A DNA stretch of 64,000 nt from an uncultured Aquificales bacterium (GTDB taxonomy: Bacteria > Thermosulfidibacterota > Thermosulfidibacteria > Thermosulfidibacterales > Thermosulfidibacteraceae), in the NCBI GenBank assembly GCA_964453345.1, contig CAYVOC010000001.1:1-64000 (forward strand). The letters are read 5' to 3'. Numbering within the stretch: the stretch's first letter is position 1; every line of letters begins with the position of its first letter. Below, one piece after another: positions 28,859 to 39,130 of this stretch. The notes beneath the pieces are model-generated. The model made no database searches. It was not told the origin of the DNA and saw only the letters and a program-made list of their open reading frames with translations. A program made the translations under genes and the position numbers.

Positions 28859-30249
28859 TACTGGAAAGGGTGAGGGAGACCATTCGTCGCTTTTCAATGT
28901 TCGGCCCCGGGGATAGGGTGGGGGTTGCCGTATCCGGGGGGCCGGATTCCGTCTGTCTGCTTGATCTGCTCTTTAGACTAAGGGACGAGCTGGGTGTGGA
29001 GCTTGTCGTCCTTCACTTCAACCACGGGTTGAGGGAGACCGCCTTGAGGGATCAGAGGTTTGTTGAGGAACTTGCCGGATCCTACGGCCTTGAGCTTGTG
29101 TTGGGTTCTGACGATGTTCGGAAGTTAGCCGAGGAGAGGGATCTTGGGCTTGAGGATGCGGCGCGATACGCCCGATACACCTTCTTTGAGCGGGTTGCAA
29201 AGGATAGGGATCTTAAAAGGATAGCCTTAGGGCACACTCTCTCCGACAATGTGGAGACCTTCTTCATCCGGGTCATAAGGGGGGCTTCCCTTGAGGGGCT
29301 GAGGGGCATTCTTCCGGTCAGGGACCTTTACGTAAGGCCCCTTATAGAGGTGTCAAGATCCGAGGTTGTGGAGTATCTGAAGGGAAGGGGGCTGTTGTGG
29401 GTTGAGGATGAGACCAACTATCAGGAGAGCTATTTGAGAAACTGGGTGAGGTTGAGGCTGATACCGCTGCTGTCCGAGAGGAACCCTTCCATAGAGGAGA
29501 CCGTGGGGGGGATACTCGACTCCCTGCGTATGGACTGGGAGCTGGTGGAGAGGGCTGTTGATGAGGCTGAGGGGAGAGTTCATTATAGTTATAAAGATGG
29601 CGTGCTGGAGATAGAGCTTGATGATTTTAATAGACTGGAGGAACCCTTAAAGAGGCATCTGCTCTCCCGGCTTTTATACCGGTATTTTTACCCGGGGAGA
29701 AGCGGGCTTTTGAGCAGAAACCATTTAGAGGTCCTGGTTGCCATGGCGGGGAACAGCCAGGGAAGCAAAAGGGTCTGCCTCCCTCAGGGGGTGGAGGCTG
29801 TAAGGGAGTATGGTAGGCTCAGGGTGGGCAGGGGAATATGGAGGGAGGATGCCGTTGATGGGGAGGTTCTTGTAACCTCTGAGGGGGTGTATCCCTTTGA
29901 TGATTACATCTTTGTGGTTAGAAAGGGGAGCTTTGGAAATCTCGTTTCTGCGGGCAGGTGGTGTGCCCTTTTTGACCCGGAGGCTGTTAAAATGCCCCTG
30001 ATTATAAGGTATAGAAGACCGGGGGACAGGCTTTTTATACCTGGTGTGGGGAGGAAGAAGCTGCAGGACTTCTTCGTTGATCTGAAGGTGCCGAGGAGCA
30101 GAAGGGGAAGGATTCCCCTTGTCCTCAACTCAAGGGGAGAGGTTCTCTGGATAGTGGGATACAGGCAGCGGGAGGACCTCAGGCCCAGGGGGAAGGAGGC
30201 CTTGATGATAGAGGTGAGGAAGGTGAAGGATGAGGGTGCTGATACCTGA
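28855..30249 (+). CDS. tilS: tRNA(Ile)-lysidine synthetase
   Basis: SGGPDS, HFNHGLR, ARYARY, RPL, DETN, KKLQDFFVD; adjacent to hpt. Confidence 0.95.
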   Translation: MILERVRETIRRFSMFGPGDRVGVAVSGGPDSVCLLDLLFRLRDELGVELVVLHFNHGLRETALRDQRFVEELAGSYGLELVLGSDDVRKLAEERDLGLEDAARYARYTFFERVAKDRDLKRIALGHTLSDNVETFFIRVIRGASLEGLRGILPVRDLYVRPLIEVSRSEVVEYLKGRGLLWVEDETNYQESYLRNWVRLRLIPLLSERNPSIEETVGGILDSLRMDWELVERAVDEAEGRVHYSYKDGVLEIELDDFNRLEEPLKRHLLSRLLYRYFYPGRSGLLSRNHLEVLVAMAGNSQGSKRVCLPQGVEAVREYGRLRVGRGIWREDAVDGEVLVTSEGVYPFDDYIFVVRKGSFGNLVSAGRWCALFDPEAVKMPLIIRYRRPGDRLFIPGVGRKKLQDFFVDLKVPRSRRGRIPLVLNSRGEVLWIVGYRQREDLRPRGKEALMIEVRKVKDEGADT

Positions 30250-30739
30250 GGAGAAGATAACAGAGAGGGTGAACGAGCTTGCCAGAAGTATCTCGGCGGA
30301 TTACGCCGGCGGGAGCATGCTTGCCCTTGTGGTGCTCAAAGGGGCCTTCGTCTTTGCGGCGGATCTTCTGAGGCGTGTGGAGGGGGTCAAAATTTACTGC
30401 GATTTCATAAAGGCGTCTTCCTACGGCTACTCGAAGGAGTCATCAGGGGTGGTGAATATTGAGCTTGTTCCCAAGCTTTCCATGGAGGGGGAGAGGGTTC
30501 TCATCGTGGACGATATAGTGGACACGGGCTACACCATATCCAAGATCAAGGAGTGGGTTCTATCAAGGGGAGCCGCCTCCTGCAGGGTCTGTGTTTTGCT
30601 GGATAAGCCCTCCAGAAGAAGGGTCCCCTTCCAGGCGGATTATGTGGGCTTCACCATACCGGACGAGTTCGTTGTGGGGTATGGAATGGACTGTGCCGAG
30701 GAATACAGGACCCTGCCCTATGTTGCGGTGGTGGATTGA
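30230..30739 (+). CDS. hpt: Hypoxanthine phosphoribosyltransferase
   Basis: VLKG, SSYG, VLIVDDIVDTG, LLDK, FVVGYGMD. Confidence 0.95.
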   Translation: MRVLIPEEKITERVNELARSISADYAGGSMLALVVLKGAFVFAADLLRRVEGVKIYCDFIKASSYGYSKESSGVVNIELVPKLSMEGERVLIVDDIVDTGYTISKIKEWVLSRGAASCRVCVLLDKPSRRRVPFQADYVGFTIPDEFVVGYGMDCAEEYRTLPYVAVVD

Positions 30740-33354
30740 TCCCTTTGCAGGGTTAGCTCGGAGATCAGCCTCTTTGCCAGCTCAAGCTCCTCCTCCTTGG
30801 TTCTCACCTCGCCCCTTATCTTTGCCTCAAGCACCCTGTTGAGTATTTTGCCGAATATGGGGCCGGGGGTGAGTCCTAAGGCCATGAGATCCCTGCCCCC
30901 TATCTCCGTCTTTATGTCCATCCACTCCATCAGGTATCTTCCTATCTTCTGCTGGTTCTCCTCGCTGGCGAGGGCCATAAAGTATAAGACCGCCTCCAGG
31001 GGGTAGGGGATAAGCAGCTTGTAGATCTGGGCGGGATCCTCCGTTTGCGAGAGCCTCGCTATGGTTGTATGGGCCTTCTCTATGCCCGCCGTTATGGTCT
31101 CCTTCTCCTTCTTGCTCACCCCAAACCACCTCAGCAGCTCTTTCAGCTCCTCCTTCGGCAGCTTCCTCACCAGTATCATCAGATTGGTCATCCAGGTTTC
31201 GGGCTGTTGCCTTTTGAAGAGCAGCTCATACCAGTTGAATATCTCCTGGGCCTTTTCGAAGAGTTCTCTGGTCTCCTCGTCCGCCTTCAGCTTGGGGTTG
31301 ACGAACTTGAGGATCCCGAGATCCTCCATTCTCTTTACCATCAAAAAGGCGTTCTTTTCAGACAGCATGTGTTTCAGCTCGTTGAAGACCCTTTTTCCGG
31401 AGAGCTTTTCAAATATCCCTTCCTTCACGGCGAGCTTTATGAGCCTTTCGGTGTGGGGGCCTATCCTGAAGCCGTATCGCTGTTCAAACCTTATGGCCCT
31501 GAAGGCCCTGGTGGGATCCTCCACGAAGCTGAGGTTGTGGATTACCCTTATAACCTTCTCCTTCAGGTCCCTCAGCCCACCGTAGTAGTCTATCAGGGTG
31601 TAGGCGTCGTCTCCGGTTATCTTTATGGCCATGGCGTTTATGGTGAAGTCCCTCCGGTATAGATCCCTCTTTATGGATCCCCTGGCCACCTCGGGCAGGG
31701 CGGCGGGTTCCCTGTAGTATTCAAATCGTGCGGTTGTCACATCAACCCTGGTCCCGTCGGGCAGTATCACCACGGCGGTTTCAAACTTTCTGTGGATGCT
31801 CGCCCTGCCCCCAAGTTCTTTGGCAAGCTCCTCGGCGAGCCTCGGCCCATCCCCTTCCACCACAAAGTCCAGATCAAAGTTTTCCACCCTCAGAAGCAGG
31901 TCCCTTACGAACCCTCCCACTATGTATACGTTGTATCCCAGCCTCTCTCCGATCTGTCTTGCCTTCTCTATTATCTCCATCAAGAATCGCGGTATGCGGT
32001 CCCTCATGAGGGACTTGAGGTTCTTTTTGTAGAGGTGTTCCCCTCTGCTTATGGTGGTTTTCAGCATGTCCTGGTAGAGGGCCTTGAAGAGTTCTCCCCT
32101 CGTGACCACTCCAACAACCCTGCCCTCCCGGTTGAGTATGGGGATGAGCCTCTGGTTCTTCAGAAGGGCTATCCTTTCAAGCTCCGTTATGGGGGTGTCC
32201 TCATAGGCCACCTCTATATCGGAGTTCATGTAGTCGCCAACAAGCCCCTCCTCGAGGTGGTGGTATAGCGCCCTTTCCACCGTCTGGCGGGTTATGATGC
32301 CCACCAGCTCGTCGCCGTCCAGAACGGGCATTGCGTTTATGTTGTATTTCACCAGCAGGTCTTCCGCTTCCTTCAGGGTTTTTGTGGCCTGTATGGTTAT
32401 TGCGGGCTGGGTCATGATGTTCTTTGCGGTCTGGGTTTTGCCCAGATCTAACTTGATCCTCTCAAGGAGCCTCTCCTTTGCCTGTATGAGGGTGAGATCC
32501 CTGACCGTGGCGCTTCCTGCGGTGGCGTGTCCCCCCCCTCCGAAATCGCTCAGTATGTTTCCCACATGCACGGCCTCTGTTCTGCTTCTGCCGATGATCG
32601 TTATCTTGTTGTCCATTCTGGCAAGAACGAATAGAACGCTCAGGGCCTCCATGTCCCTCAGCTTGTGGGCGAGAACAGCCAGATCTCCCACGTATTTGTC
32701 CCTTGAGATGCTGGTTATGCCTATCTCCACCCCGGCTATCTTTACCCTCTCAAGGTTGTTTATCATCTCGTTCAGCACATCTATCTGTTCCGAGGTAAGC
32801 TCCCTCTTCAGGTAGTCGGATACTATGTTGAGGTTTGCACCGAGTCCGAGCAGGTATGCGGCCGCCTCCATGTCCCTTGTGGTTGTGGAGTTGAAGGTGA
32901 AGGATCCCGTATCCTCGTGTATGCCGAGCAGAAATATGGTGGCCTCCTGGGGCGTTATGGGTATCTCCTTCTTCCTCAGTATCTCAACCAGTATTGTGGT
33001 GCAGGCGCCTGTCTCCTCTATGACCTCAAGATCTCCGGATATATCCTTTCCGTGGGCGGGATGGTGGTCGTATATGTGGATCTTTGGCCTTGAGTGCTGG
33101 AGGATCTTTTCCACTAAACGGTTCCTGTCCCTCCTTTTGAAGTCCACCAAGATCAGCAGCTCCACCTCTTCGGGCTTCACGCTGGATGGCCTGGTGAAGG
33201 CCGTTTCAAGCTCGGCCTCCTTTATCAGATCCCTGACGTTCTTCTCCATGGACTGGGGCAGAACCATCAGAGCATCCGGGTATAGCTTTTTGGCGGCGAT
33301 CATTGAGGCTATGGCGTCCATGTCTGCGGTCTCGTGGCAGAGGATCAGCTTCAT
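30718..33354 (-). CDS. DHH-DHHA1-CBS tRNA nucleotidyltransferase (A-adding or CCA-adding)
   Basis: DMD, DHH, GGGH; CBS pair; VGGFVRD, DLDFVV, RRDFTINAMA, EDPTR. Confidence 0.9.
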   Translation of the reverse strand: MKLILCHETADMDAIASMIAAKKLYPDALMVLPQSMEKNVRDLIKEAELETAFTRPSSVKPEEVELLILVDFKRRDRNRLVEKILQHSRPKIHIYDHHPAHGKDISGDLEVIEETGACTTILVEILRKKEIPITPQEATIFLLGIHEDTGSFTFNSTTTRDMEAAAYLLGLGANLNIVSDYLKRELTSEQIDVLNEMINNLERVKIAGVEIGITSISRDKYVGDLAVLAHKLRDMEALSVLFVLARMDNKITIIGRSRTEAVHVGNILSDFGGGGHATAGSATVRDLTLIQAKERLLERIKLDLGKTQTAKNIMTQPAITIQATKTLKEAEDLLVKYNINAMPVLDGDELVGIITRQTVERALYHHLEEGLVGDYMNSDIEVAYEDTPITELERIALLKNQRLIPILNREGRVVGVVTRGELFKALYQDMLKTTISRGEHLYKKNLKSLMRDRIPRFLMEIIEKARQIGERLGYNVYIVGGFVRDLLLRVENFDLDFVVEGDGPRLAEELAKELGGRASIHRKFETAVVILPDGTRVDVTTARFEYYREPAALPEVARGSIKRDLYRRDFTINAMAIKITGDDAYTLIDYYGGLRDLKEKVIRVIHNLSFVEDPTRAFRAIRFEQRYGFRIGPHTERLIKLAVKEGIFEKLSGKRVFNELKHMLSEKNAFLMVKRMEDLGILKFVNPKLKADEETRELFEKAQEIFNWYELLFKRQQPETWMTNLMILVRKLPKEELKELLRWFGVSKKEKETITAGIEKAHTTIARLSQTEDPAQIYKLLIPYPLEAVLYFMALASEENQQKIGRYLMEWMDIKTEIGGRDLMALGLTPGPIFGKILNRVLEAKIRGEVRTKEEELELAKRLISELTLQRDQSTTAT

Positions 33355-35240
33355 TCTTCCTCTTCCAGAAGCTCCCTGAGAAGCTCGGATTCGCTGAAGG
33401 GCTTGAGGAGTATTTTGCAACCGCTTGACCTGATGGCTATCCTCTCGTCGGCCTTCAGCGGAACCGATACGAGGGCTATGCAGCGGTTTCTGAAGTAGGG
33501 GTATAGCTCCATAATTTCGCTGACCAGCTTTGGAAGCGGTATATCTTCTGTGGTTTCGTTTATGATGATCCTGCTGAAGGGTCCCTGCTTTTCCAGCAGT
33601 TTAAAGATCTCCTCTTTGTCCTTTGCGATTGCGGTTTCTGCCCCGCTTCTTTCCAAGAGCATGGCGAGCATCTCTGAAACCACAGGTTCCTGGGAGACTA
33701 TGAGGATCCTTTCGCCTGTGAGCTGCAGCCTTTTCATCATTCTTTCGGATCTGGGGGTGTGGGCGGGAATCTGTATGGTGAATCTGACCCCTGTTGGCTC
33801 AAGGTTTTCCACAATTATCCGGCCGCCTATCTGCTCAATCGCCTCCTTTGCCAAGGACAGCCCCACTCCCGTGCCCTCTCCCTTGGGCTTTGTGGAGAAG
33901 AAGGGTTCGAAGATCTTCTCCATTATCTCCGGCGGGATGGAGGGGCCGTTGTTCTCTATGTCTATGTTTATGTATTCGCCGTCGGAAGAGGTTCTTATCC
34001 TTATGAGCCTGTCCCTCTCCCTTTTGAGGACGGCGTCCTCTGCGTTGTTCACTATGTTGTTCACCGCCTCATACACCGCCGAGGGGATGGTGTATATGCT
34101 GGGTATGTCCGGGTCCAGCTCCAGCTGCAGTTTGATGCTGTGCATCTTGTAGAAGGAAAGCTTCAGCTCCGTTATGCCGGTTATCACCTGGTTTATGTCC
34201 GTTATGGTGTAGTCGGGGAAGGCGTTGGGGGCCAAAGCGTATAGCCCCTTTATTATCGAGGCGCAGCGGTTGGCCTCCTGATGGATCTTTTTCAGAAGCG
34301 CCTTTTTGGTCTTGTCTTTCTCCATATCCAGCAGAATGCCTGCGAAGCCTATGATGGCCGTCAGCGGGTTGTTTATCTCGTGGGCCAAGCCCGCCGTGAT
34401 CCTCTCCATGTTCTTGGCCCTGTCCGCCTGTATGAGCTGCATGTGGTAGCGAACGTGCTTGCTTATCTCCCTTGCTATGTAAATGTAGATGGTTCCGGCG
34501 CCTTCGGTCTTCATCCTGTATACGTTGAGGCTGTATATGAGTCCGGCCCTGCTCTCTATGGCGCTTGCCCTGCCTGTGGCCGCCGCCTTTCTGGTCAGGG
34601 CGCACACGTTTGGGAAGTATTCGTATTCCGCCGCCACCTCCTGGCAGCTTTTGCCTATGAGATCGACTAAGGGGACGCCGAACATGGCCTCCGCTGCAGG
34701 GTTGGCGTCGAGAATGATGTCGTTTTCATCTATCACCCATATTGCCTCATCGACTAAGTTGAGGATGTCGGCCACAATGGAGGGGTTGCTTATTATGCGC
34801 TTTCTTATGATGATCACAGAGAATATCTCGCCGAGCAGCTTCACAAGCGTTTTTGCGTGTTTGGGTTTGCTGTCGCCCCTGCAGGCTATGAAGAGCGATC
34901 CGAAGCACCTTTTGCCCCTGGTTAAAAGGGGATATCCGTGCAGGGTTATGGGGAAGGAGGCGTCGGTGATCTTGAAGGAGACGGGCCTGTTTTCGGATAT
35001 TATCTTCCAGTGCATCTGCTCCATGGCCTCTTCTGCATGCAGGCGCTCGCATATTTCGGGTTCCGCGCAGCAGCAGGAGTGCTTTATCAGCTGTATCTTG
35101 CCCGGCGCCTCCATGTAGAGGAGACAGACCCCTAAGAAGTTTTCATCCTCAAACCTTGAGCATATCTCCTTCAGGACCTCCTCCTCGCTCTGGGCCTTGG
35201 CCAGCTTTGCCTTAAGCCTGTCAATTACCCTTTGTTCCAT
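33351..35240 (-). CDS. Hybrid sensor histidine kinase (GAF-like, PAS, HisKA, HATPase, pseudo-receiver)
   Basis: LAHEINNPL, NIVNNAEDA, FEPFFSTK, GTGVGL; C-terminal REC fold lacking acidic residues. Confidence 0.85.
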   Translation of the reverse strand: MEQRVIDRLKAKLAKAQSEEEVLKEICSRFEDENFLGVCLLYMEAPGKIQLIKHSCCCAEPEICERLHAEEAMEQMHWKIISENRPVSFKITDASFPITLHGYPLLTRGKRCFGSLFIACRGDSKPKHAKTLVKLLGEIFSVIIIRKRIISNPSIVADILNLVDEAIWVIDENDIILDANPAAEAMFGVPLVDLIGKSCQEVAAEYEYFPNVCALTRKAAATGRASAIESRAGLIYSLNVYRMKTEGAGTIYIYIAREISKHVRYHMQLIQADRAKNMERITAGLAHEINNPLTAIIGFAGILLDMEKDKTKKALLKKIHQEANRCASIIKGLYALAPNAFPDYTITDINQVITGITELKLSFYKMHSIKLQLELDPDIPSIYTIPSAVYEAVNNIVNNAEDAVLKRERDRLIRIRTSSDGEYINIDIENNGPSIPPEIMEKIFEPFFSTKPKGEGTGVGLSLAKEAIEQIGGRIIVENLEPTGVRFTIQIPAHTPRSERMMKRLQLTGERILIVSQEPVVSEMLAMLLERSGAETAIAKDKEEIFKLLEKQGPFSRIIINETTEDIPLPKLVSEIMELYPYFRNRCIALVSVPLKADERIAIRSSGCKILLKPFSESELLRELLEEEE

Positions 35241-35697
35241 AGATTCTCTCCAGGTAGGCTACGATTCTTCTTGTGGATCGGCTGAGCCTCTGGCCGGCGT
35301 AGTAGGAGAGTCCGCCGGATAAAAGAAAACAGAAGGCGGAGAAGATGAGGAGCTTCAGCAGGGTGTGGGGCGGCTTCCATCCCTTGTGCATGGCCAGGAA
35401 GGACCAGCTGTAAACGATGATTCCGGCCACCACGGACGCCATGGATGCGCTGATGATCCTTGAGAGGGCCTTGGTGTCGGGAAGCAGCCTCTCCATGGTC
35501 TCCATGCGGCTCTTGTATTCCTCTGTTCCTATCCTGAGCTGTCTTCTCTCATCCTGCCACATGAGCATGAGATCTCTAACCCTCTGATAGAACTTCTTTT
35601 CCACCTGAACGCACATGAATATCATCATGCTGGAGATGAGTCCCAGAAAGCCTATGCTCAAAAGCGCCCATATGAGTCCTCTTATCTGTTCAGCCAT
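35221..35697 (-). CDS. Hypothetical membrane protein (3 TM)
   Basis: 158-aa ORF overlapping both neighbours on the same strand; three hydrophobic segments. Confidence 0.65.
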   Translation of the reverse strand: MAEQIRGLIWALLSIGFLGLISSMMIFMCVQVEKKFYQRVRDLMLMWQDERRQLRIGTEEYKSRMETMERLLPDTKALSRIISASMASVVAGIIVYSWSFLAMHKGWKPPHTLLKLLIFSAFCFLLSGGLSYYAGQRLSRSTRRIVAYLERIYGTKGN

Positions 35698-36806
35698 TTC
35701 TCAAGCCTTTCCACGCCGAGTTTGATTTTCTCTATGGAGGTGGCGTAGGAGAAGCGGACGTATCTTTCGGTCAGGTTTTCTCCGAAGTCCCTTCCCGGGG
35801 TTATGGCCACCTTCGCCTCCTCAAGGGCCTTCATGGCGAATTCAAAGCTGTCGTGGGTGAACCTGTCAACCCTGGCGAAGATGTAGAAGGCCCCTTGGGG
35901 TGTGTGGGATATGCCGAAGCCGAGCCTTTTCAGGCTGGGGATGAGGTAGTCCCGCCTCCTTTTGTATTCTTCAACGTAGGATCTGTAGATCTCAAGGACC
36001 TCCGGCCTGAAACATTCAACGGCTGCATACTGCAGGGGAGTGGGGGCGCATATGAACAGGTTCTGGGCTATGCACTGGAAAAGCCTTACTTTGTCCTCGG
36101 GAACGATCACCCATCCCAAACGCCACCCGGTTGCGGCGAAGAACTTGGAGAAGCCGTTGGCCACGATGGCTCTGTCGCATATCTCCAGTATCGTTGCCGA
36201 TCCCTCGGCGTATTCTATCCCCTGGTATATCTCGTCGCAGACTATGCCCATCCCCTCCGATAGCGCCCTTTCAGCTATCTTCTCGAGCTCCTCGCGCTGC
36301 AGGAGGGTTCCCGTGGGGTTGCTGGGGGTGTTGATGACCAGCACTCCCTTGCCCCTGAGGCTGTCGGGTTCTATCTTGAAGCCGTTTTCCTCAAATACGG
36401 GTATGGGAGCCTCATCAAGCTCCAGAAACCTCGCCATGTTCTTGTAGCACGGGTATCCAGGGTCCGTGTAGATGACCCTTTTGCCGTGCTCCTCTGCGAG
36501 CATCTTTATGGCGGCCATGAGCGCCGGTGAGCTTCCGGGGGTGATAAAGATCCTTTCGGGGTTCACATCCACTCCGTATCTTTCCCAGTAGTAGGCTGCA
36601 ATGGCCTCCCTCAGCTCCCATACGCCAAAGCTCGGGGAGTAGCTGTTGAGGTTGTCCCTTATGGCCCTGCGCGCCGCCTCCTTTACCGGCTCTGGTATGG
36701 GAAAGTCCGGCTCCCCCACCTCCATGTGGACGATCTCTTCCCCTGCTCTCTCCATCTCCATGGCCCTTTCAAGCACGTCCATCACTATAAAGGAGGTGAG
36801 CTTCAT
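35682..36806 (-). CDS. PLP-dependent class I/II aminotransferase
   Basis: GEPDF, PSNPTG, DEIY, GFSK...TGWRLG, GAFY, VRFSYA. Confidence 0.92.
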   Translation of the reverse strand: MKLTSFIVMDVLERAMEMERAGEEIVHMEVGEPDFPIPEPVKEAARRAIRDNLNSYSPSFGVWELREAIAAYYWERYGVDVNPERIFITPGSSPALMAAIKMLAEEHGKRVIYTDPGYPCYKNMARFLELDEAPIPVFEENGFKIEPDSLRGKGVLVINTPSNPTGTLLQREELEKIAERALSEGMGIVCDEIYQGIEYAEGSATILEICDRAIVANGFSKFFAATGWRLGWVIVPEDKVRLFQCIAQNLFICAPTPLQYAAVECFRPEVLEIYRSYVEEYKRRRDYLIPSLKRLGFGISHTPQGAFYIFARVDRFTHDSFEFAMKALEEAKVAITPGRDFGENLTERYVRFSYATSIEKIKLGVERLEKWLNR

Positions 36807-38503
36807 TTAGACTCCTCCCTTCTGACCTTGAGGGTTCTCATCCTGTTTAAAGAAGAGCTTACCTCAAAGCTTCTGGCATAGGCAAGCCCGAAGGCGTATC
36901 TGTTGAACATGGCGTCAAATCCCTGTTCCCTCACGAGCCTGTCTATGGCTTCTATCTCTTTCCTGATGGCGCCGGGTCGCCTCTTCTGGGCCAGGTATTT
37001 GAGGGCTTCTGCTATGAACCTGAGCTGGCTGTCGTCCACAAGCTGCTCCACAAAGGAGACATCTATGGTTTCGGTTCCGAACTGTATCTCCTTCAGCCCC
37101 TTAGACTTGACCTTGTGGCTCTTTTTCACGGTGAAGGTTTCCGGAAGAATCACCCTTGATATGTCTGCATCTATGGGGTCCCTTGCCTCCTCAATCCTTC
37201 CCGAAGGCATCTCTTCAGCTATCTCTTTTGCCCTCTGGGTGTAGTCCCTGGGGATGTAGCTGTCCATGCAGATTACGGTGTCCGCCACGTCCAAGTAGTC
37301 GCCTGCTCCTCCCACCACCATGATGGTGGAGATGCCGAGCCTTTCATACAGCTCCCTTACCCTGTCTATGAAGGGGGTTATGGGTTCCTTCTCCTTTACG
37401 ATCAGCTTCTGCATGCGGGCGTCCCTGATGAGGAAGTTCGTGGCCGTGGTGTCCTCGTCTATCAGAAGGACCCTTGCCCCCATCTCTATGGCCTCCATTA
37501 TGGCGGCTGCAACCGAGGTTGATCCCGAGGCGTTCTCCGTGGAGAAGAAGGTGGTGTCGATCCCCAAGGGCAGGTTCTTTATGAAGCAGGATATGTTGAC
37601 CCCGGCCACATACCTTCCGTCCTCGCTTCTCACCTTCACCGCGGCGGGATGGGTCACCACGAATTCCCTGCCGTCCCCGGGTATGTGGGGGTATATGCCC
37701 TGCTCAATGGCGTTCAGGAGGGTGCTTTTGCCGTGGAAGCCTCCACCCACAATCAGGGTGACCCCCTGTGGTATTCCCATTCCCGTGATCTCCCCGTGAT
37801 GGAGGGTCTTGAAGCTGATCTTTAAGGTTTCCGGACTCTTGAAGGGGATGGCCTTGGGGAGGGGGGTGTCCTCGACCCCGGATCTTCTGGGCAGAATACT
37901 TCCGTCGGCTATGAAGGCGACTATGCCCTTTTCGGTAAGCTGGGACCTTATGTGTTCTGCATCCTCGACGGTGTTGATGAAGTCCAGGGCCTCCCTCTGA
38001 TTGAACAGCTCCCATCTTATGCGGGATGTTGCCTCCGGAACCTCCCTACAGAGCATGTCCGCCGCCACATGCCCTAAGATGCTTCTTCCCCTTGCCGGAA
38101 GACCGGCGCAAAAGCGTATGATGAGGTGATCCTCCCTGATCTGGCAGTCGGACCGCAGAAGGACCTTTTGCCTTCCCGCATCCACAAAATACAGCCCGCT
38201 TTTCCCCGTGCCCCTGGGCCTTGAGAAGCGGCGTATGCTTTTCTCAAATACCCGGAGGGTGTAGTCCTGAAGGGCGATTCTCCTCACCGGGTCCCTGTAT
38301 AGATCCTCCGGGAAGCCCACCACCTCGAGGGGGATCCTCAGCTGCATCCTGCTGGGCGAGGCGAAGGGATCCCCCTGCACATGGACAACATCCAGCCATA
38401 CGCCCTGTCCCATCTGGTAGGATCCGGAAATTTCTTTAAGGGCCTTGTAGCCCCTGCCCTCAAGTCTTCTGAGCTTTGCTTCAAGCTGAGACAGACTCCT
38501 CAT
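36803..38503 (-). CDS. Predicted ABC-class ATPase (PF09818 / MRB1590-like)
   Basis: HVQGDPFASPS, LPARGR, GGGFHGKST, EDGR, ASGSTS, LLIDEDT. Confidence 0.85.
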   Translation of the reverse strand: MRSLSQLEAKLRRLEGRGYKALKEISGSYQMGQGVWLDVVHVQGDPFASPSRMQLRIPLEVVGFPEDLYRDPVRRIALQDYTLRVFEKSIRRFSRPRGTGKSGLYFVDAGRQKVLLRSDCQIREDHLIIRFCAGLPARGRSILGHVAADMLCREVPEATSRIRWELFNQREALDFINTVEDAEHIRSQLTEKGIVAFIADGSILPRRSGVEDTPLPKAIPFKSPETLKISFKTLHHGEITGMGIPQGVTLIVGGGFHGKSTLLNAIEQGIYPHIPGDGREFVVTHPAAVKVRSEDGRYVAGVNISCFIKNLPLGIDTTFFSTENASGSTSVAAAIMEAIEMGARVLLIDEDTTATNFLIRDARMQKLIVKEKEPITPFIDRVRELYERLGISTIMVVGGAGDYLDVADTVICMDSYIPRDYTQRAKEIAEEMPSGRIEEARDPIDADISRVILPETFTVKKSHKVKSKGLKEIQFGTETIDVSFVEQLVDDSQLRFIAEALKYLAQKRRPGAIRKEIEAIDRLVREQGFDAMFNRYAFGLAYARSFEVSSSLNRMRTLKVRREESK

Positions 38504-39078
38504 AGCTCTATCCCCACGGCTCCTGTTTCGTATAGCTCCTCAAGGGCCCTTTCACTGTCCCCCGGCTCAAGATCCACCCCCTTTACGGCGTCAAGCAGAA
38601 TGAAGGTCTGATACCCCAAGTTTATTCCGCCCAAAGCCGTGTGTTTAACGCAGTAATCGGTGGCTATGCCGCAGACGAAGATCCTCCTGATCCCCCTTTC
38701 CTGCAGAAGCTGGTGCAGGTCTGTTCCCTGGAATCCGGAGTAGGCGTCAAAGCCGGGATCCGTTCCCTTGCTGATGATGAACAGGTTGTCCTTGGGGATG
38801 CGGAGATCCTCGTGGAAGCGCGCCCCTTCCGTGTTCTGAACGCAGTGCTTGGGCCATGTTCCCCCGTTCTCCCTGAAGGATATGTGGTTTTCCGGATGCC
38901 AGTCCCTGGTGAAGAAGAGGGGACAGCCCGCTGAAGAGAAAAGCTCTATGTAGCGGTTCACCGGCTCTATTATCTTTTGTGCTCCCTTAACCGCAAGGCT
39001 TCCCGTGATGAAGTCCTTCTGCATGTCCACCACGATCAGTGCGTCCCTGCGGGTGAGCATCAGCTCAAGCCTTGCCAT
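38500..39078 (-). CDS. pncA: Nicotinamidase/pyrazinamidase
   Basis: VDMQKDF, DWHPENH, WPKHCV, YSGF, ATDYCV; ATG 39078 after AGGAGG. Confidence 0.9.
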   Translation of the reverse strand: MARLELMLTRRDALIVVDMQKDFITGSLAVKGAQKIIEPVNRYIELFSSAGCPLFFTRDWHPENHISFRENGGTWPKHCVQNTEGARFHEDLRIPKDNLFIISKGTDPGFDAYSGFQGTDLHQLLQERGIRRIFVCGIATDYCVKHTALGGINLGYQTFILLDAVKGVDLEPGDSERALEELYETGAVGIEL

Positions 39079-39130
39079 GGTCCACCTCCTGAGGTTATCA
39101 AGCGTTAAAAGGATAATATTAGCGGGAGCC

